Made by a program: the position numbers and the translations under genes
The notes under the pieces: generated by a model
Told to the model about the DNA's origin: nothing
The model's input: only the letters and a program-made list of their open reading frames with translations
The model's database searches: none
NCBI GenBank assembly: GCA_002269645.1
Contig: NIVC01000339.1
Location: 1-64,000, forward strand
Origin: Macrostomum lignano
Lineage: Eukaryota
Length of the DNA: 64,000 bases
Reading direction: 5' to 3'
In this document: positions 62,651-64,000 of the stretch, in pieces
Position numbering within the stretch: position 1 is the stretch's first letter
Layout of the letters: each line of letters starts with the position of its first letter

Positions 62651-63390
62651 TTAGGGAAGTTCAAGGAAGTGCGCAGGAAGAAAATTAGTCTGGCAAACAG
62701 GCCAGAATTCAGGAACCGACAGCGGCTTCCCCAGCAGGTAGACATTCGAATTATCCCGAGTATGCTGATGCCGCAGCGACAGCCGGACATCCCAGAATTG
62801 ATGAATGCTGCTTGGGGGATAATTATCACACACGAGCCGGCTCGCCCCACAATGAAAAACAAAGTCCGACAGGGAAATTTTATCATGCAAAACTAGGAGA
62901 CGACAGGCCTTGCTCTAAACTTGTATTTTCGAGGGAAGTCTGCAGTGTTGTAAGCAACAGCATATACATGTAGATGTAGCTCATCGATTTTGATGTCCCG
63001 TCGAAGTAAAAGTACATTTAGCTCGTAGCTACCATCACTGTTTCTGCTGGTTAGAATATTTACTCTCGTACCCCCTCCCAATATATGTGCTTGAATTTAT
63101 AGCAAAACTAACTATTCTATAATTAACTATTTTGATGGACAAATGCTAGCAAACACTGTGTATTAAGTTCGTATATTATTGATTGCATAATTAAAACAGT
63201 GAAAAGCACAGGTCAGAAAGTAACTTACCTTGCCTGGTACGCAAATCACTAATGCTCGCCCTTCGCTTTGAGCGACTTAATACAGAATAATTTTCTGAAT
63301 TCTGCAGCTTGAAGTAAAACCTTAACGGTCGAGAAGATGCGTTGAACGAAGATAAAAAACATCGAGAATTTTGGGAGGCGGGAAGTGTCT
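62651..63390 (-). other. Possible exons of an unidentified gene or relic
   Basis: Donor CAAG|GTAAGT near 63230 is phase-compatible with acceptor TTCAAG|CA near 63090, leading into ORF 63081-62893; ORF 62890-62651 follows in a shifted frame. No recognisable domain. Confidence 0.25.
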
Positions 63391-63439
63391 GACATTATAC
63401 TGTATGTAAGCCTATCCCACTTAGCAGAGACGAGAATAG

Positions 63440-63800
63440 TGCACACTACACTCTAACCCCACCCCACTCTGCGGGAGACGAGAATCGCGTACACTACACT
63501 CTAACCCACCCCACTCCGCGGGAGACGAGAATCGCGTACACTACACTCTAACCCACCCCACTCCGCGGGAGACGAGAATCGCGTACACTACACTCTAACC
63601 CACCCCACTCCGCGGGAGACGAGAATCGCGTACACTACACTCTAACCCACCCCACTCCGCGGGAGACGAGAATCGCGTACACTACACTCTAACCCACCCC
63701 ACTCCGCGGGAGACGAGAATCGCGTACACTACACTCTAACCCACCCCACTCCGCGAGCGCAACCTACACTCTAACCCCACCCCACTCCGTGGGAGACGGA
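63440..63800. repeat. 47-bp minisatellite (ACACTACACTCTAACCCACCCCACTCCGCGGGAGACGAGAATCGCGT)
   Basis: About 7 copies, period 47 (63491, 63538). Confidence 0.95.
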
Positions 63801-64000
63801 ATCGCGAATACAGCTAAAGCAAAAAACTTGACCGCTCACAGAATTTGAACCGTACAATTTAAATCAAATTATTCGGCGACTTATGGCTACCGAGAATATT
63901 CACGATGCAAATTTTATCGATCTACTTTGTCTCAATCTAGTTTTCTCAATATTTATTCGTAATAAAGTAGGTGGTTAAAGAATGGGCTGTCATCATTTCA

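Noticed and set aside
22297-63800. Tandem arrays as CRISPR arrays
   Set aside because: Monomers are head-to-tail with no unique spacers, there are no cas genes, and the context is eukaryotic.

Overview
Eukaryotic (metazoan) genomic DNA with spliced genes and no prokaryotic features. GC/Ala-rich exons and minisatellite-filled introns suggest a flatworm such as Macrostomum, but this is inference only. 1-13.4 kb: an innate-immunity-like cluster of two tandem ankyrin + cGAS/Mab-21 (cGLR) fusion genes (one intact, 999 aa; one frameshifted) and two MATH-less TRAF-like genes. 13.7-21.5 kb: two intact, divergent Crypton-like tyrosine recombinase genes amid at least 15 CCATAGA/TCTATGG motifs. 22.4-25.7 kb: a non-autonomous hAT element inserted in a minisatellite. 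28.5-36.9 kb: GRB2 and CNOT2. 36.7-52.9 kb: a 16.2-kb near-perfect palindrome (8.1-kb arms, 23-bp spacer) carrying a Merlin transposase relic with almost purely C>T/G>A decay, a small Pro/Ala-rich gene and a duplicated CNOT2 start exon. 55-61.2 kb: PIH1D1 and a TARBP2/loquacious-like gene. Exon boundaries, phases and motif counts were worked out by eye, and family assignments come from recalled motifs, not database searches.
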